Positions 19,035-28,993 of a stretch of 64,000 bases of DNA are shown in pieces. This DNA is from Candidatus Melainabacteria bacterium 17Bon1m. GTDB taxonomy: Bacteria; Cyanobacteriota; Vampirovibrionia; Obscuribacterales; Obscuribacteraceae. The stretch is taken from assembly GCA_032128875.1 (NCBI GenBank), contig JAVLKG010000005.1, positions 64,001-128,000 on the forward strand, in the 5' to 3' direction. Position numbers and translations under genes: made by a program. Position 1 is the first letter of the stretch. Every line of letters begins with the position of its first letter. The notes beneath the pieces are model-generated. The model saw only the letters and a list, made by a program, of their open reading frames with translations, searched no databases and was not told where the DNA came from.

Positions 19035-19760
19035 ATGACAAAACTCACAGCCAGCGTGCCCAAGGATGTTGTTCAGTTCGAGAACGACAGCAATCTGATC
19101 ACGTTCGTAATACCGCAGGGTGTCAAGCGCGCTTATTTTGTCAATTGTCCGAATCTGCGCGCCATCGATATTCCCAATTGCCTCGAAATTCTGCACGTGA
19201 AGGAGTGTCCGCAGCTCAGCCAGGTTAAGATTGGCCGAAGCGTAGGTCATATCTCGTTGAGCGCCATCGGCGATATCGAGCAACTGCGAGTGCCTGCAGG
19301 CTGTCACACAGTTTATTTGCACACGCTGCCGGCTCTGCGTCTCTTGCAGGTACAGGGTGACCTGCATTGCCTGGACGTAAGCGACTGCCCCGTTCTGAGT
19401 GACATCCGCGTTCCTGCTAAGGAAGATGGTGTCGGCAATGAACGGTTCTTGCGTCCAGCCAAGCTGCAGTATCTCCATGTGCGCCGCTGCCCGTCGGTTA
19501 CTGATCTCAGCGTGCCCGAGCTGGTAAAGAACCTGTATCTCAAGGACCTTACGGGGCTCGCGGAGATCAAAGTTCCAAATTCGGTCGAATACCTTTTCTT
19601 GCGCGGTTGCAGCAAGTTGGTCGAAGTGGTGGCGCCGGCAAGTGTCCAGCACATTTACTTGGCTGGCTGCACGTCGCTTCGGAAGGCTGTAATTCCTCAG
19701 TCTACGAGGACTGTAGATCTGGAAGGTTGCACTTCTCTGAATGACGTTCTGAGAGCGTAA
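19035..19760 (+). CDS. Leucine-rich repeat protein
   Basis: ~20-aa repeats of type VxxLxLxGCxxLxxVxxP; AAGGA RBS before ATG 19035. Confidence 0.8.
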   Translation: MTKLTASVPKDVVQFENDSNLITFVIPQGVKRAYFVNCPNLRAIDIPNCLEILHVKECPQLSQVKIGRSVGHISLSAIGDIEQLRVPAGCHTVYLHTLPALRLLQVQGDLHCLDVSDCPVLSDIRVPAKEDGVGNERFLRPAKLQYLHVRRCPSVTDLSVPELVKNLYLKDLTGLAEIKVPNSVEYLFLRGCSKLVEVVAPASVQHIYLAGCTSLRKAVIPQSTRTVDLEGCTSLNDVLRA

Positions 19761-19764
19761 CATC

Positions 19765-19795
19765 GAAGGGGCGCTGGTTTCGACCAGCCCCCTTC
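19765..19795 (+). terminator. UUCG-loop hairpin after the LRR gene
   Basis: GAAGGGG-C-GCTGGT-TTCG-ACCAGC-CCCCTTC. Confidence 0.5.
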
Positions 19796-19938
19796 ACTTC
19801 TCATCGAGCTTGCTCGGTGCCGTCTTTCTTCGTTTTTTTGTATCTGGATTTCTGAAACTATGAAGCGTAGTAGAAGCGCTTGAAAGTGAAGAGGTGCGGT
19901 GGGGGAGGGTTTCCTCCAATCCACACCTCTTCGTTTGG

Positions 19939-20271
19939 CTAGTTGGTCGGTGCCGGGGTGATGAGCTTGGCGCTGGCGCGCAGCTCACACCAGAATACGT
20001 AACCGACGACTTCGGGCTGTTCGACGACTTTGACCTTCGCCGAATTGCCTGCTTCGCCTCGACGCTTGGGACTCTCGATCACTTCCAGCTTGGTGCCGGA
20101 AGTGATTTTGTAGTGAGCGTCGAAGAAGCCGCCCGGTTGCGGAGTGAGAAGAAGATATTCCTTCACCTCATTGCTGGCACCGAGTCCGAAGCTGGGTAGT
20201 CCGGTCTTGATGACAGGCAGCACTTCGAGCACGGCACCAGGTTTGACGACATCTTTCTTGAGCATGGGCAT
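19939..20271 (-). CDS. Hypothetical protein, possibly SH3-like
   Basis: 110-aa ORF ending a minus-strand operon; GTKLEVIE..AKVKVV..VGYVFW beta-rich pattern. Confidence 0.6.
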   Translation of the reverse strand: MPMLKKDVVKPGAVLEVLPVIKTGLPSFGLGASNEVKEYLLLTPQPGGFFDAHYKITSGTKLEVIESPKRRGEAGNSAKVKVVEQPEVVGYVFWCELRASAKLITPAPTN

Positions 20272-20296
20272 ATAGAGAGTTTCCTTCTACGTTTGC

Positions 20297-20962
20297 TCAG
20301 CCGACTTCGGGACCCAGCACCGGCAGATGCCTGCGGAACTGGTTCACCGAGTAGACTCCTTCGAGATACTTGATCTGGTCGGCGCCCAGGGCTTTGAGCG
20401 TTTTGCGTTTGGCTCCCCCTTCTTTGACCTTGAGGAAAACATCAATGAGCTCCAGAGGAATCTCTGACATCTCCTTCGGGCGTCCGCAGTCCGGGTCGGC
20501 GCGGCGGCTGGAGTCGGTGATTTCGGTCGGCACGCCGGCGAGGGCACACAGCTCCATTACGTCGCTTTTCCACACGCCTGCAAGCGGCAGGAAGGTGGCG
20601 ATGCGGCTGGGGAGACTGAAGTTACCCATGACCTCTTCCGAGCGATTTTTGGAGCCAACCAGCCACCTCTGCTCGGCGATAGCAATCGTCGAAAAGGTGG
20701 CCCAGCGGCGGGACTCTTTGTCTTCCCTGCCGCGTGGCGCTGGCACATATCGGATTTCGCCGACCGACTCGAACCAGGCGCGGCAGCGCAGCTGGCTCTT
20801 CGAGCCGGAGTAGACTCCGATAGTTTTTGCCGGACACGCCTGGTTGAACAGCCAGAAGATGAGCGCACTGTCCGAGCCTCCGCTGACCGGCACGAGAATA
20901 CCTCGGGCGCGGCGCGTGCTCTTGCGCAACCATTTGATGAGCGTTTTCAGTCGCTTGTCCAT
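20297..20962 (-). CDS. Divergent NAD+ synthetase (NadE)-like PP-loop ATPase
   Basis: VPVSGGSDSA PP-loop, VGSKNRSE, PLAGVWKSDVMEL..GVP; lacks the canonical GY.TKYGD motif. Confidence 0.7.
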   Translation of the reverse strand: MDKRLKTLIKWLRKSTRRARGILVPVSGGSDSALIFWLFNQACPAKTIGVYSGSKSQLRCRAWFESVGEIRYVPAPRGREDKESRRWATFSTIAIAEQRWLVGSKNRSEEVMGNFSLPSRIATFLPLAGVWKSDVMELCALAGVPTEITDSSRRADPDCGRPKEMSEIPLELIDVFLKVKEGGAKRKTLKALGADQIKYLEGVYSVNQFRRHLPVLGPEVG

Positions 20963-20971
20963 AGTTGGCTC

Positions 20972-21772
20972 CTATGCGCCGCCCGTCAGCATCAACGGAT
21001 TGCCGTTCAAGGAAGGCAGCTTGCCCGAGGCGACGAGCGCCACAGCTTCGGCCACTTCCTCGGCAGGAATGATGCGCTTCTGCGGGTTGGTGTTCTTGAT
21101 CGTGTCTTCGGCTTGCTCCTCGCTCATGCCGCGGTGGCGAACCAGACCGGCGATGGTGCGCCTGGTCATGTCGCTTTCCACGAAGTGAGGGCAAATCGGC
21201 ACGACGACGATGCCGTGCTTGGCGTATTCCAGCGACAAAGTGCGGGCGAGCCCGAGCTGTGCGTGCTTGGACGCCGTGTAGGCGGCGTCGTACTTAAAAC
21301 CTTGGACGCCCGAGATGCTGTTGATGAAGGTGATTGTGCCGGATTTCTGCTCCATCATCGTGGGCAGACATTCCTGCGAGAAGTAGAGGGCGCCGTCGAC
21401 GTTGACTGCGAAAATCTCTTTCCACAGCTTGCGATCGAACGTGTGCGTCACGCCACCTTTGCCGATACCGGCATTGACGACGAGATTGCGCAGCGTCCAG
21501 TTGTTCTTCTTCACCTTTGCCACGGCGCGCTTTGCCGTCAAAGGCTTCGAGACATCGCCGACCAAATAGTCGGCAAACCCGCCTCGATTGCGAATCTCCG
21601 TGCAGATCTCCTGGAGGTCCGCTTCCGTCCTTCCGACGAGAAGCACTGCGGTTTCGTGGGCCATGCGCAGAGCGATTGCTCTGCCGATGCCGCGTCCGCC
21701 GCCCGTGATGATAGTTGCGGCCGTGGGCGCCGCCGTATTGATCTCACTCGACTTTGATTCAGATTTGGACAT
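20972..21772 (-). CDS. Short-chain dehydrogenase/reductase (SDR)
   Basis: TGGGRGIG, VNAG, YTASK (YxxxK). Confidence 0.93.
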   Translation of the reverse strand: MSKSESKSSEINTAAPTAATIITGGGRGIGRAIALRMAHETAVLLVGRTEADLQEICTEIRNRGGFADYLVGDVSKPLTAKRAVAKVKKNNWTLRNLVVNAGIGKGGVTHTFDRKLWKEIFAVNVDGALYFSQECLPTMMEQKSGTITFINSISGVQGFKYDAAYTASKHAQLGLARTLSLEYAKHGIVVVPICPHFVESDMTRRTIAGLVRHRGMSEEQAEDTIKNTNPQKRIIPAEEVAEAVALVASGKLPSLNGNPLMLTGGA

Positions 21773-21917
21773 GGGTCGTATCCTCATTGGGAAACGGGCT
21801 CCGGGATCGAACGGTTTGAACGGTCACCGGAGGCACGTTTCAGCAGCGCAGGCTGCCTTTCGGTTGTTCCTGCTAATCCCGAGTAAGCCGACTCGGTCGG
21901 TAGTGATCGTCGGGCGT

Positions 21918-22679
21918 TTAGCGTCCGACCGATGCGCGCCAGCGGTTGATCGCCTCGACGTGGCTCGAGAAGGCAATGTCTTCGGGCAGCTCGTCGAGCT
22001 GGAAGACGCGCGCTTCGGTGGCATCGCTGCCGGGAGCCGGAGTCTGGTCGATTTCCTTGGCGACGAAGAAGAGCAGCACCTGCGGCGTCTTCGGCGGCGC
22101 AAAAGTGTAGATGAGGCGCTCGACTTCGATAGCGATCTTCGCCTCTTCGCCCGATTCGCGAGCGGCGCCTTGCTCTGGAGTTTCTCCAACTTCCATGAAG
22201 CCGGCGGGCAAACACCAGGAGCCCTTGCGTGGCTCGACGCCGCGTTTCACCATGACGATGCCACCGGATTTGTGCGGCACGATGGCGGCAGCGACCGGCA
22301 GTGGGTTGTTCCAGTAGACGAACGTGCAGTGCGTGCACGCAAGGCGAACCTTTTCGTCGATTTCGCGCTCGGCAAGCGGGCTGCGGCAGCTCGGGCAGTG
22401 TTTGAACTGCGGGCGTGCAGTCTTCAGCGCCTCGAAGTCAGCTTTGGCTTTGAGAGCCTTGCTGCGCTTTTCGGCGATGTTCATTCCCAGCCCGAATATC
22501 AGGCAAAGAGCGAAGACGTCAAACACCTTCACTCCCATGATGACCGGAACGACAAGGCTGAGCAGCGCCGAGCCGAACATGAGAATCAACGCAATCCAGC
22601 CGACCGCGCGAAAGCGGTTGAGCAGAAAGCCGAGCCCGAGGGCAGCGGCAAAACTTACAAGAAGTACAGTACCACTCAT
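21918..22679 (-). CDS. NUDIX hydrolase with zinc ribbon and N-terminal TM helices
   Basis: CPSC..CTHC ribbon, WNNP, Nudix box GFMEVGETPEQGAARESGEEAKI; hydrophobic N-terminus. Confidence 0.85.
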   Translation of the reverse strand: MSGTVLLVSFAAALGLGFLLNRFRAVGWIALILMFGSALLSLVVPVIMGVKVFDVFALCLIFGLGMNIAEKRSKALKAKADFEALKTARPQFKHCPSCRSPLAEREIDEKVRLACTHCTFVYWNNPLPVAAAIVPHKSGGIVMVKRGVEPRKGSWCLPAGFMEVGETPEQGAARESGEEAKIAIEVERLIYTFAPPKTPQVLLFFVAKEIDQTPAPGSDATEARVFQLDELPEDIAFSSHVEAINRWRASVGR

Positions 22680-22700
22680 TTTGATAGCTCCTTACTAGAA

Positions 22701-22726
22701 GCAGAGCGCCGCGAACGGCGCTCTGC
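22701..22726 (-). other. Perfect 11-bp intergenic hairpin with UUCG loop on the minus strand
   Basis: GCAGAGCGCCG-CGAA-CGGCGCTCTGC on the + strand. Confidence 0.7.
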
Positions 22727-22781
22727 AACTTATGCGGATGAACGAGAGTTAGTTGGCGAAGGCGATGTCCGCCGCTAGCGC

Positions 22782-23036
22782 TTATGAATAGCGCTGACGA
22801 TAAGACCGAACAGCACCGCGCATCTTCGCCTTGTAGACGATGTGCGCACCGAAGGCGATGCCGAAAGCAACGCCGAACGCGTAGAGCGTGGGAATGCCGA
22901 ACACCGCAGGCGCAATGAGAGTCGCGACAGCGGTGACGATGAGCGCGCCGACGCAGATGCCGGCGGTCGATTCGAATTTGCTCTGCAGCCAGTAGCCGAG
23001 AGCGATTGCGCCAAGGGCGACGATGATGGTGACCAT
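22782..23036 (-). CDS. Small membrane protein
   Basis: Three hydrophobic segments; AAAGGA RBS. Confidence 0.7.
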   Translation of the reverse strand: MVTIIVALGAIALGYWLQSKFESTAGICVGALIVTAVATLIAPAVFGIPTLYAFGVAFGIAFGAHIVYKAKMRGAVRSYRQRYS

Positions 23037-23177
23037 CGGGTCAGTCCTTTCGTGGTGAAGGTGTGTCTGTTTCGGGGGTGCTAATCACGGTCTTGGACCG
23101 TCAGCGAAGGCACTGTCGAGGGTTCGGCTTTGCCGAATTTTCGGCAGTGTCAGGCAAATTTCTGGGGTTTAAGTTCA

Positions 23178-23206
23178 ACTCCGAAAAATTTCAAATTTTT
23201 CGGAGT
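23178..23206. promoter_or_regulatory. 29-bp palindrome, copy 1; candidate protein-binding site
   Basis: ACTCCGAAAAATTT-C-AAATTTTTCGGAGT; 25-nt core identical to 43388-43412. Confidence 0.55.
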
Positions 23207-23243
23207 AAAACCCCGTTTTGGCTTTGTGGGCCTGGCTGGACGG

Positions 23244-23672
23244 TCAGTCCGTCTGCTTGGCCGCGATGACCCGCGCCTCTTCCAGCTCCGTGCGCATGAG
23301 CGCAGAGTAGTTGGGCTTGGGCGTATACCACTGGGGTTCGAGCGAAAGTGCTTCCTCGAGAAGCGGGATGGCGGATTTGCCATCGCCTTTTTTCATGCGA
23401 GCACGCGCCATTCCTTCCAGGGCTTCCGAAAGCTGAAAAGCATCTTGCGAGATTCGTGCCTGGGCGAGCGCCTGACCGAATTGCCACTGTCCGTCGTCGG
23501 CGTTTCCCATGGACATTGCCAGGATGCCCTTCTTGATGAAGGTCTCGGCTTTGTCGAAGGCTTCGCGCTGGGCGCGGGTGGGGCGAGGCTTGCCGGATGC
23601 ATTGCTCGCGGAAAGAAATAGGAGCCAGGCGGCGCCTATCAGAAGTGATGCGATGATGATTCCTGAGAGCAT
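23244..23672 (-). CDS. Membrane-anchored TPR-like protein
   Basis: N-terminal TM segment; ALEGMARARMKKGDGKSAIPLLEEALSLEP. Confidence 0.65.
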   Translation of the reverse strand: MLSGIIIASLLIGAAWLLFLSASNASGKPRPTRAQREAFDKAETFIKKGILAMSMGNADDGQWQFGQALAQARISQDAFQLSEALEGMARARMKKGDGKSAIPLLEEALSLEPQWYTPKPNYSALMRTELEEARVIAAKQTD

Positions 23673-24647
23673 GGTAGTTCTGCCGTTTGGGTTGCACGGA
23701 TGAGAAAGCTCGATTGAAATCAACTGGCGGCGCCACCAAATACGACACCGCTAATAAATCTCAGCCGAACATAATCAGGTGCTTAATTTCCACGCGAGAG
23801 CGCGCAGAAATCTATTGCTAAAAGAGGAAAAAAGTCTCTGTGACGAGTTGTTGGGATGGGATCTGAAAGAAGAAAAGGAACTCGGACACGCTAAAGCAAA
23901 TAAAGAGCCTGTTTCAAGTTTTCAAGACAGATGAGAGAGATGTTCTTCTCTGCTAGCTATGACAACGGGCGCGCGCGATCTTGTCAAGTGGGCATGCGCG
24001 TTCTGCGGAGCGCTTGGCAAAGCATGGCATCGCTGTCTTTCGATTAGCTTTTCACTAATAATCACCTGAAACTTTGAGAAAGAGATGGTTTTGGGTTGCT
24101 GACAACTGTGCAATTGTTCTTTGTGGCGGGCTCACTTGTTTAGCTGCGCTAATCACGGAGATCTCTTGAAAACGGTGATGTCACGCGGTTTTCGCTGCGC
24201 TAATTTCGCGCAGATCAGATCTCCGAGAACTATTGCCAAATAAGCTTTGTAGAAAAATTATCAAGAGAATAGCGAAGATGTACATGATTATTGACATCCG
24301 GGCGCGCGCGCTGAAAACCAGACAGGTTTAGTACTTCTCAACTATTCAGAGTTGAATACGTGATCTGTGTTCGTTAGTTTTGCTCAGTTCGTCTTTCTCA
24401 TTTCTCTGTCTTAGACCCTAAAGCACCAAATACAGGTTCGCACCACCTTGTCCTGATCATGCACTTCTCGCTTGGCGAGATTGTCAGCACACAGGTTTTG
24501 TCGGTGGTGTCGTATTTGGTGCGCACTTTGGGCTGAGCCGTCGCATTAATCGCCTCAAGTTTCCGTCTCTTAGCGATTTGAAGCGCACCGTGTGCGTTTC
24601 CTGCTGTTTCAACAGCAGTCTCTATAACTCTCAAAAGGAGGTCCAAT

Positions 24648-25682
24648 ATGGCACGTCATCCTGTGCTCGGCCCCGATGAGGTCACCAAAGCTGCGCGTGC
24701 GCGGCTGCTGTGGACCTGGGCCAAAACTATCTTTGGCTATCTGATCATGGGCGGTCTGGTTCTGGCTGCTCTGGTGGCTGTCAATTTCCAATACACGATC
24801 GGCTTCGGCGCCCTCTGGTGCTTGCTGCCCGTCGTGATGTGGTGGTTCAGTGCGGATATCGCCCTGAAACTCCAGAAAGCGGTTCCCGTCGATCCTTCCA
24901 AGCCGGAAGATCAGCGTCTCATCGCCATCGTCGACAAGGTGTTCCCCAAGAGCGGCTTGAAGTTCAAGCCCAAGGTGTACATCGCCGACAATCCCCTTCC
25001 CAACGCGTTTGCCACCGGCCCGATTCATCGCAAGGCGGTCGTGGCTGCGACCAAGGGGCTTTTCCAATGCGGCATGACCGACGACGAAATCGAAGCGGTC
25101 TTCGCGCACGAACTGGGTCACGTGAAGAATTACGATGTGGGCATCAACAGCCTCATCTCGGTTCTTTCATCGCTCTTCTTCCTGATCTCCGATCAGGCTG
25201 TTCGCGCGCTCGTCGGCACCATCCGCATCTTCCAGAAGGACTTCGGCTTCCAGACCGGTCGCAAGAAGGGCTTCATCACGGGCGTCCTGGAATGGGTGCT
25301 CATGTACGCGATCTTCTGGCTGACCGGCCAGGTGACTCGCGTCATCCAGCTTTTCGTCGTGCGCTCGCGTGAATCCGGCGCCGACGCTACCGGGTCGCTC
25401 ATGACCCTGAAGCCGTGCGATCTCTCGATGGCGCTCCAGAAGCTGGTTGCGTACGTCGAGAAGAACCGGCCGAAGGGTCGCGATGCCGAGGTCTTCCGGG
25501 TGTTCCGCCCGATGATGACTATCGACCCGATCTTCGACGCTCTGGCGCCGGACCCGAAGCCTGTGGGCATCTGGGGCCGCGTGAAGGCGTTCTGGAAGTA
25601 TCTGCAGCTCACGCACCCGCCGGTTTCCGAGCGTATCGCCGAGCTGGAGAAGATGGCGGGCGGCGCCTGCCCCCGTCTCTAA
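24648..25682 (+). CDS. htpX: HtpX-like M48 zinc metalloprotease
   Basis: PNAFATG, AHELGHVKN (HExxH), SRESGAD, THPP..ERI; AGGAGG RBS. Confidence 0.88.
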   Translation: MARHPVLGPDEVTKAARARLLWTWAKTIFGYLIMGGLVLAALVAVNFQYTIGFGALWCLLPVVMWWFSADIALKLQKAVPVDPSKPEDQRLIAIVDKVFPKSGLKFKPKVYIADNPLPNAFATGPIHRKAVVAATKGLFQCGMTDDEIEAVFAHELGHVKNYDVGINSLISVLSSLFFLISDQAVRALVGTIRIFQKDFGFQTGRKKGFITGVLEWVLMYAIFWLTGQVTRVIQLFVVRSRESGADATGSLMTLKPCDLSMALQKLVAYVEKNRPKGRDAEVFRVFRPMMTIDPIFDALAPDPKPVGIWGRVKAFWKYLQLTHPPVSERIAELEKMAGGACPRL

Positions 25683-25959
25683 TTCTCGAAACAGGCTGGG
25701 TAAGCCTGTTTCTAAACGACAGCTCTAACGGGCACAGAAAGCGGATGTGAGGCATCGAATCTGTCTCATGTTCGCATTCGCGGGAGAAGCGCATGCGCTT
25801 CTCCTGCGGATTGAGAAGACGAACCTTTGCTCCCTCCATCATCGCCGGAATTCAGTCGAACTCTGGCGAATCGCAAGTCGAGCTTGGCGAAGTTTTTGCG
25901 GTCGAACATTTCGACCCGATTCGCTAAGCACAGAGACCAAACAGATTCGGAGAATTTCA

Positions 25960-27510
25960 GTGAGCAAGAAGACATCACGCAAGAACGCCAACCTCGTTCG
26001 CTCTTCCGAGGGCGAAAACACAGTCCTGACCGTGTACCAGGGCTTCGGTGTCGTGCAGCAGACGCGTCCGCTGCATCTCAAGGACGGCGCCAACGAGATT
26101 CAGCTGCAGGGCATGCCCCAGCAGTACATCCCCAGCACGCTAGTTGTGCTGGACTTCCAGGGAGTCGGCAGCTTTACGCTCGGTCCCGTTTCCTACCAGC
26201 AGGCCAACTTCACGTCGGCTGCCATCCTCCAGAAGTCGGTCGGCAAGCGCATCAACCTCAAGGTTCGCTCCAACTCCGGTCGCCAACGCGCCTTGGAAGG
26301 CACGCTTCAGGCGGTGCTCTCCGACCAGCTGCTGATTCAGAAGGCAAACGAGAAGATCGCTCTGGTGCGCTTCCAAGACATGGAAGAGACAGAGCTGATG
26401 GACGGTCTGCCCGAAGGTCTGAACGAGAAGGCTCACCTGGCGGTTTCGGCTCTGGCCGACAGCGCCGGCAGCTACAGCGTTCGCATCCTCTTCCGCACGA
26501 GCGGGCTGGGCTGGAGCGCCAACCACAACGCCGTCTATGACGAGAACGCGGGGCGCCTGACGCGCTTCGACAGCTCCGTCTTCGTGACCAACAGCTCCGG
26601 CGCCGCCTACCACGACGCCGAGCTGCATCTGCTTGCCGGCAATATCGGCCAGCCGCAGCAGGACTTCGGTCTGGAGTCGGCCGGCGGCGGCATGCGCATG
26701 ATGGCTGCGGCTGCGCCCAAGCGCTTCAACGTGCGCCAGGCGACCGCGCAGACCGTCGGTGAGCACAAGCTCTACTCGGCTCCCGCCAAGGTCACGCTTC
26801 TGGAAGGCGAGAGCCTCCAGGTGCCTCTCTTCCAGGCTCACGATGTGCCCGTCACGCGCGAGTACTTCCTGCCCGCCCGCAACCCGTATCAGGGTTACGG
26901 TCAGGAAGGCGAAGGGCTGTCGCCGGTTTCGATTCGCCTGAAGCTGGTCAACGACGCCGAGCACAAGCTGGGCAACCCGCTTCCTGCCGGCGAAGTGTCC
27001 ATCTACCAGCCGGACGCCTCCGGCACGCTGCAGCTGACCGGCTCGGCCAGCCTCGACCACGTCACCACCGGTGAAGCCTTCGGGCTGACCATCGGCACCT
27101 CCAGCGACATCAAGGCCGAGCGCAAGCAGGTCGAGGCATACGAGGAAGTCGAAGGCGACGGTGACGGCGGCGACGGCAGCGATGGCGGCGAAGTCGGCGG
27201 TCACGAAGTGATGGCCAGCCCGGTTGCGATGGGTCCGGCGCGCTCGGCGCCTAAGCGCGCTCAGCCGGAGCAATCCGACGAAGAGGCGCCCAAGTTCCGC
27301 GTCGAGCGTTGGGAAGTGACCCTGCACAACTTCAAGACTGACCGAGAAGTGGAAGTGGTCGTACTGGAAGACCTCGGCGAGAACGCCGAGCTGCTCGAGA
27401 GCACGCACGATTTCTCGAAGGAGACTTCGTGCCGCTACACCGCCACCGTCAAGGTGGAAGCGCAGGGCAAGGCGACGCTTGCTTACACCGTGCGCACCAA
27501 GATCAACTAA
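25960..27510 (+). CDS. DUF4139-family protein
   Basis: LTVYQ.FGVV, GLGWSA, VTNSSG..Y.DA.L.LLAG, LGNPLPAG.VSIY; GTG start after GGAGA. Confidence 0.8.
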   Translation: MSKKTSRKNANLVRSSEGENTVLTVYQGFGVVQQTRPLHLKDGANEIQLQGMPQQYIPSTLVVLDFQGVGSFTLGPVSYQQANFTSAAILQKSVGKRINLKVRSNSGRQRALEGTLQAVLSDQLLIQKANEKIALVRFQDMEETELMDGLPEGLNEKAHLAVSALADSAGSYSVRILFRTSGLGWSANHNAVYDENAGRLTRFDSSVFVTNSSGAAYHDAELHLLAGNIGQPQQDFGLESAGGGMRMMAAAAPKRFNVRQATAQTVGEHKLYSAPAKVTLLEGESLQVPLFQAHDVPVTREYFLPARNPYQGYGQEGEGLSPVSIRLKLVNDAEHKLGNPLPAGEVSIYQPDASGTLQLTGSASLDHVTTGEAFGLTIGTSSDIKAERKQVEAYEEVEGDGDGGDGSDGGEVGGHEVMASPVAMGPARSAPKRAQPEQSDEEAPKFRVERWEVTLHNFKTDREVEVVVLEDLGENAELLESTHDFSKETSCRYTATVKVEAQGKATLAYTVRTKIN

Positions 27511-27689
27511 GCTGCGGTCGGAATGTCCGATCGAAGTACTGAAGCGTGGGCAACTCCGTCCAAAGCGGCCAGTTGCTCACGGCTTTGTTAATGCAGATTC
27601 TGCGCGCGTTGACAGTAACGCGCGTCACACAAGACAAGTCCGAGCGCTGCGCCAAAACGCGGCGCTCAGAATCCAATGGAGCATCAAAC

Positions 27690-28772
27690 ATGACTTCCAA
27701 TCAGAAGAATCGTTTGAGTCTGCGCTCAATTCTCGCCATTGGTCTCGTGGCTGGGCTCGCCTTCACCCTTACCGGGTGCAAGGACGACTCTCAGTCCACG
27801 ACCACCAACCCGCCTCAACAGGTTCCCGCTCAGCCGACCGCACCACCTCTGGTGCGCACGGTCAAGCTGATGCCGCCTGAGTCAGGTGAGAACCAGCGCG
27901 TCTACAAAGCGACCCGAGATGGCACGCTTGTGGAGATGACGATCGACTATCGCGACGGGCGTTTGGAAACTTATACCTACCGCCCCGACCAGACCGTCAG
28001 CCGCAAGCAGGAGTTCTACCCGTACACCGGTGTGCTGAAGAGCACCACCGACTACGCCAATGACGGCACCACCGTCGTCGCCGAGACCATCAATCGCGGC
28101 ACCGGCACCCTCGAGCTGACGCGCAAGACCCTTGCCGACGGCACGCTCGAAACCACGCGCTATCGCGTGGACGGCAAGCGCCTGCATTCAGTCACTCACG
28201 AACTGAACGGCGCCCTTGTCGACGCCACCTTCTATCGTCAGGACGGCAAGGCGCTCTGGGCAACCGCCAAGGTGCTCAACGCCAACGAGACCGAGGTGAA
28301 GTTCTACAACGCTGCCGGACAGGTCGAGAAGATCCGCACGGCGAAGACCAGCAACAGTGGCTACAGCTCGAATGTCGAGTTCAGTATCACTGTTCTGCGC
28401 CCCGACTCCACGGTCGCCTACAAGCAGTCCTGGAGCGGCTACCAGAGCAGCTACTACCGCAGCATTTCGCTGAAGACGGTCGAAGAGTACGAGGACGACG
28501 GCAAGACGCTCAAGCGTAAGCTGACGCTCAACTACAGCGGCACCACCGTTCAGGAAGCTGTCGTGTACGAGAACGGCGTCAAGAAGACGGTCCGCACCTA
28601 TCGCTGGGACGGCACGCTCGAAACCGAGAAGACCTACGACTCGGCGGGCACCGTGACGTCGACCCAGACCCACACTTCTTCGGAGAACCTGAAGGAGACC
28701 GTGGCGCCTGAACTGATTGCCGACCAGAGCGCGGACGACCCGCTGGCCTTCAAGCCCGGCGACTTCCAGTAA
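27690..28772 (+). CDS. Lipoprotein with MORN/YD-like beta-hairpin repeats
   Basis: Lipobox LTGC; repeated Y-x-x-DG(K/T) units. Confidence 0.7.
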   Translation: MTSNQKNRLSLRSILAIGLVAGLAFTLTGCKDDSQSTTTNPPQQVPAQPTAPPLVRTVKLMPPESGENQRVYKATRDGTLVEMTIDYRDGRLETYTYRPDQTVSRKQEFYPYTGVLKSTTDYANDGTTVVAETINRGTGTLELTRKTLADGTLETTRYRVDGKRLHSVTHELNGALVDATFYRQDGKALWATAKVLNANETEVKFYNAAGQVEKIRTAKTSNSGYSSNVEFSITVLRPDSTVAYKQSWSGYQSSYYRSISLKTVEEYEDDGKTLKRKLTLNYSGTTVQEAVVYENGVKKTVRTYRWDGTLETEKTYDSAGTVTSTQTHTSSENLKETVAPELIADQSADDPLAFKPGDFQ

Positions 28773-28993
28773 GCGCCCTCTCAATCGGAACGAAAGTTCC
28801 TGCGGTGGACAGAGTGAAGGGAGTGGCTTTTTAGCTGCTCCCTTCCTCTGATTCGCCCACTAAAAAAATCCTGGGTGCCGGAAATGGTTCTGGCGCCTGC
28901 CTTGCATTTTGTTTGCGGTTCCTAGCCTCTCAAGGTGACGGAAATTTTTGTGCGCCAATTTTCGGCGCGCCTGTCTCTAAGGAGCACAACCCA

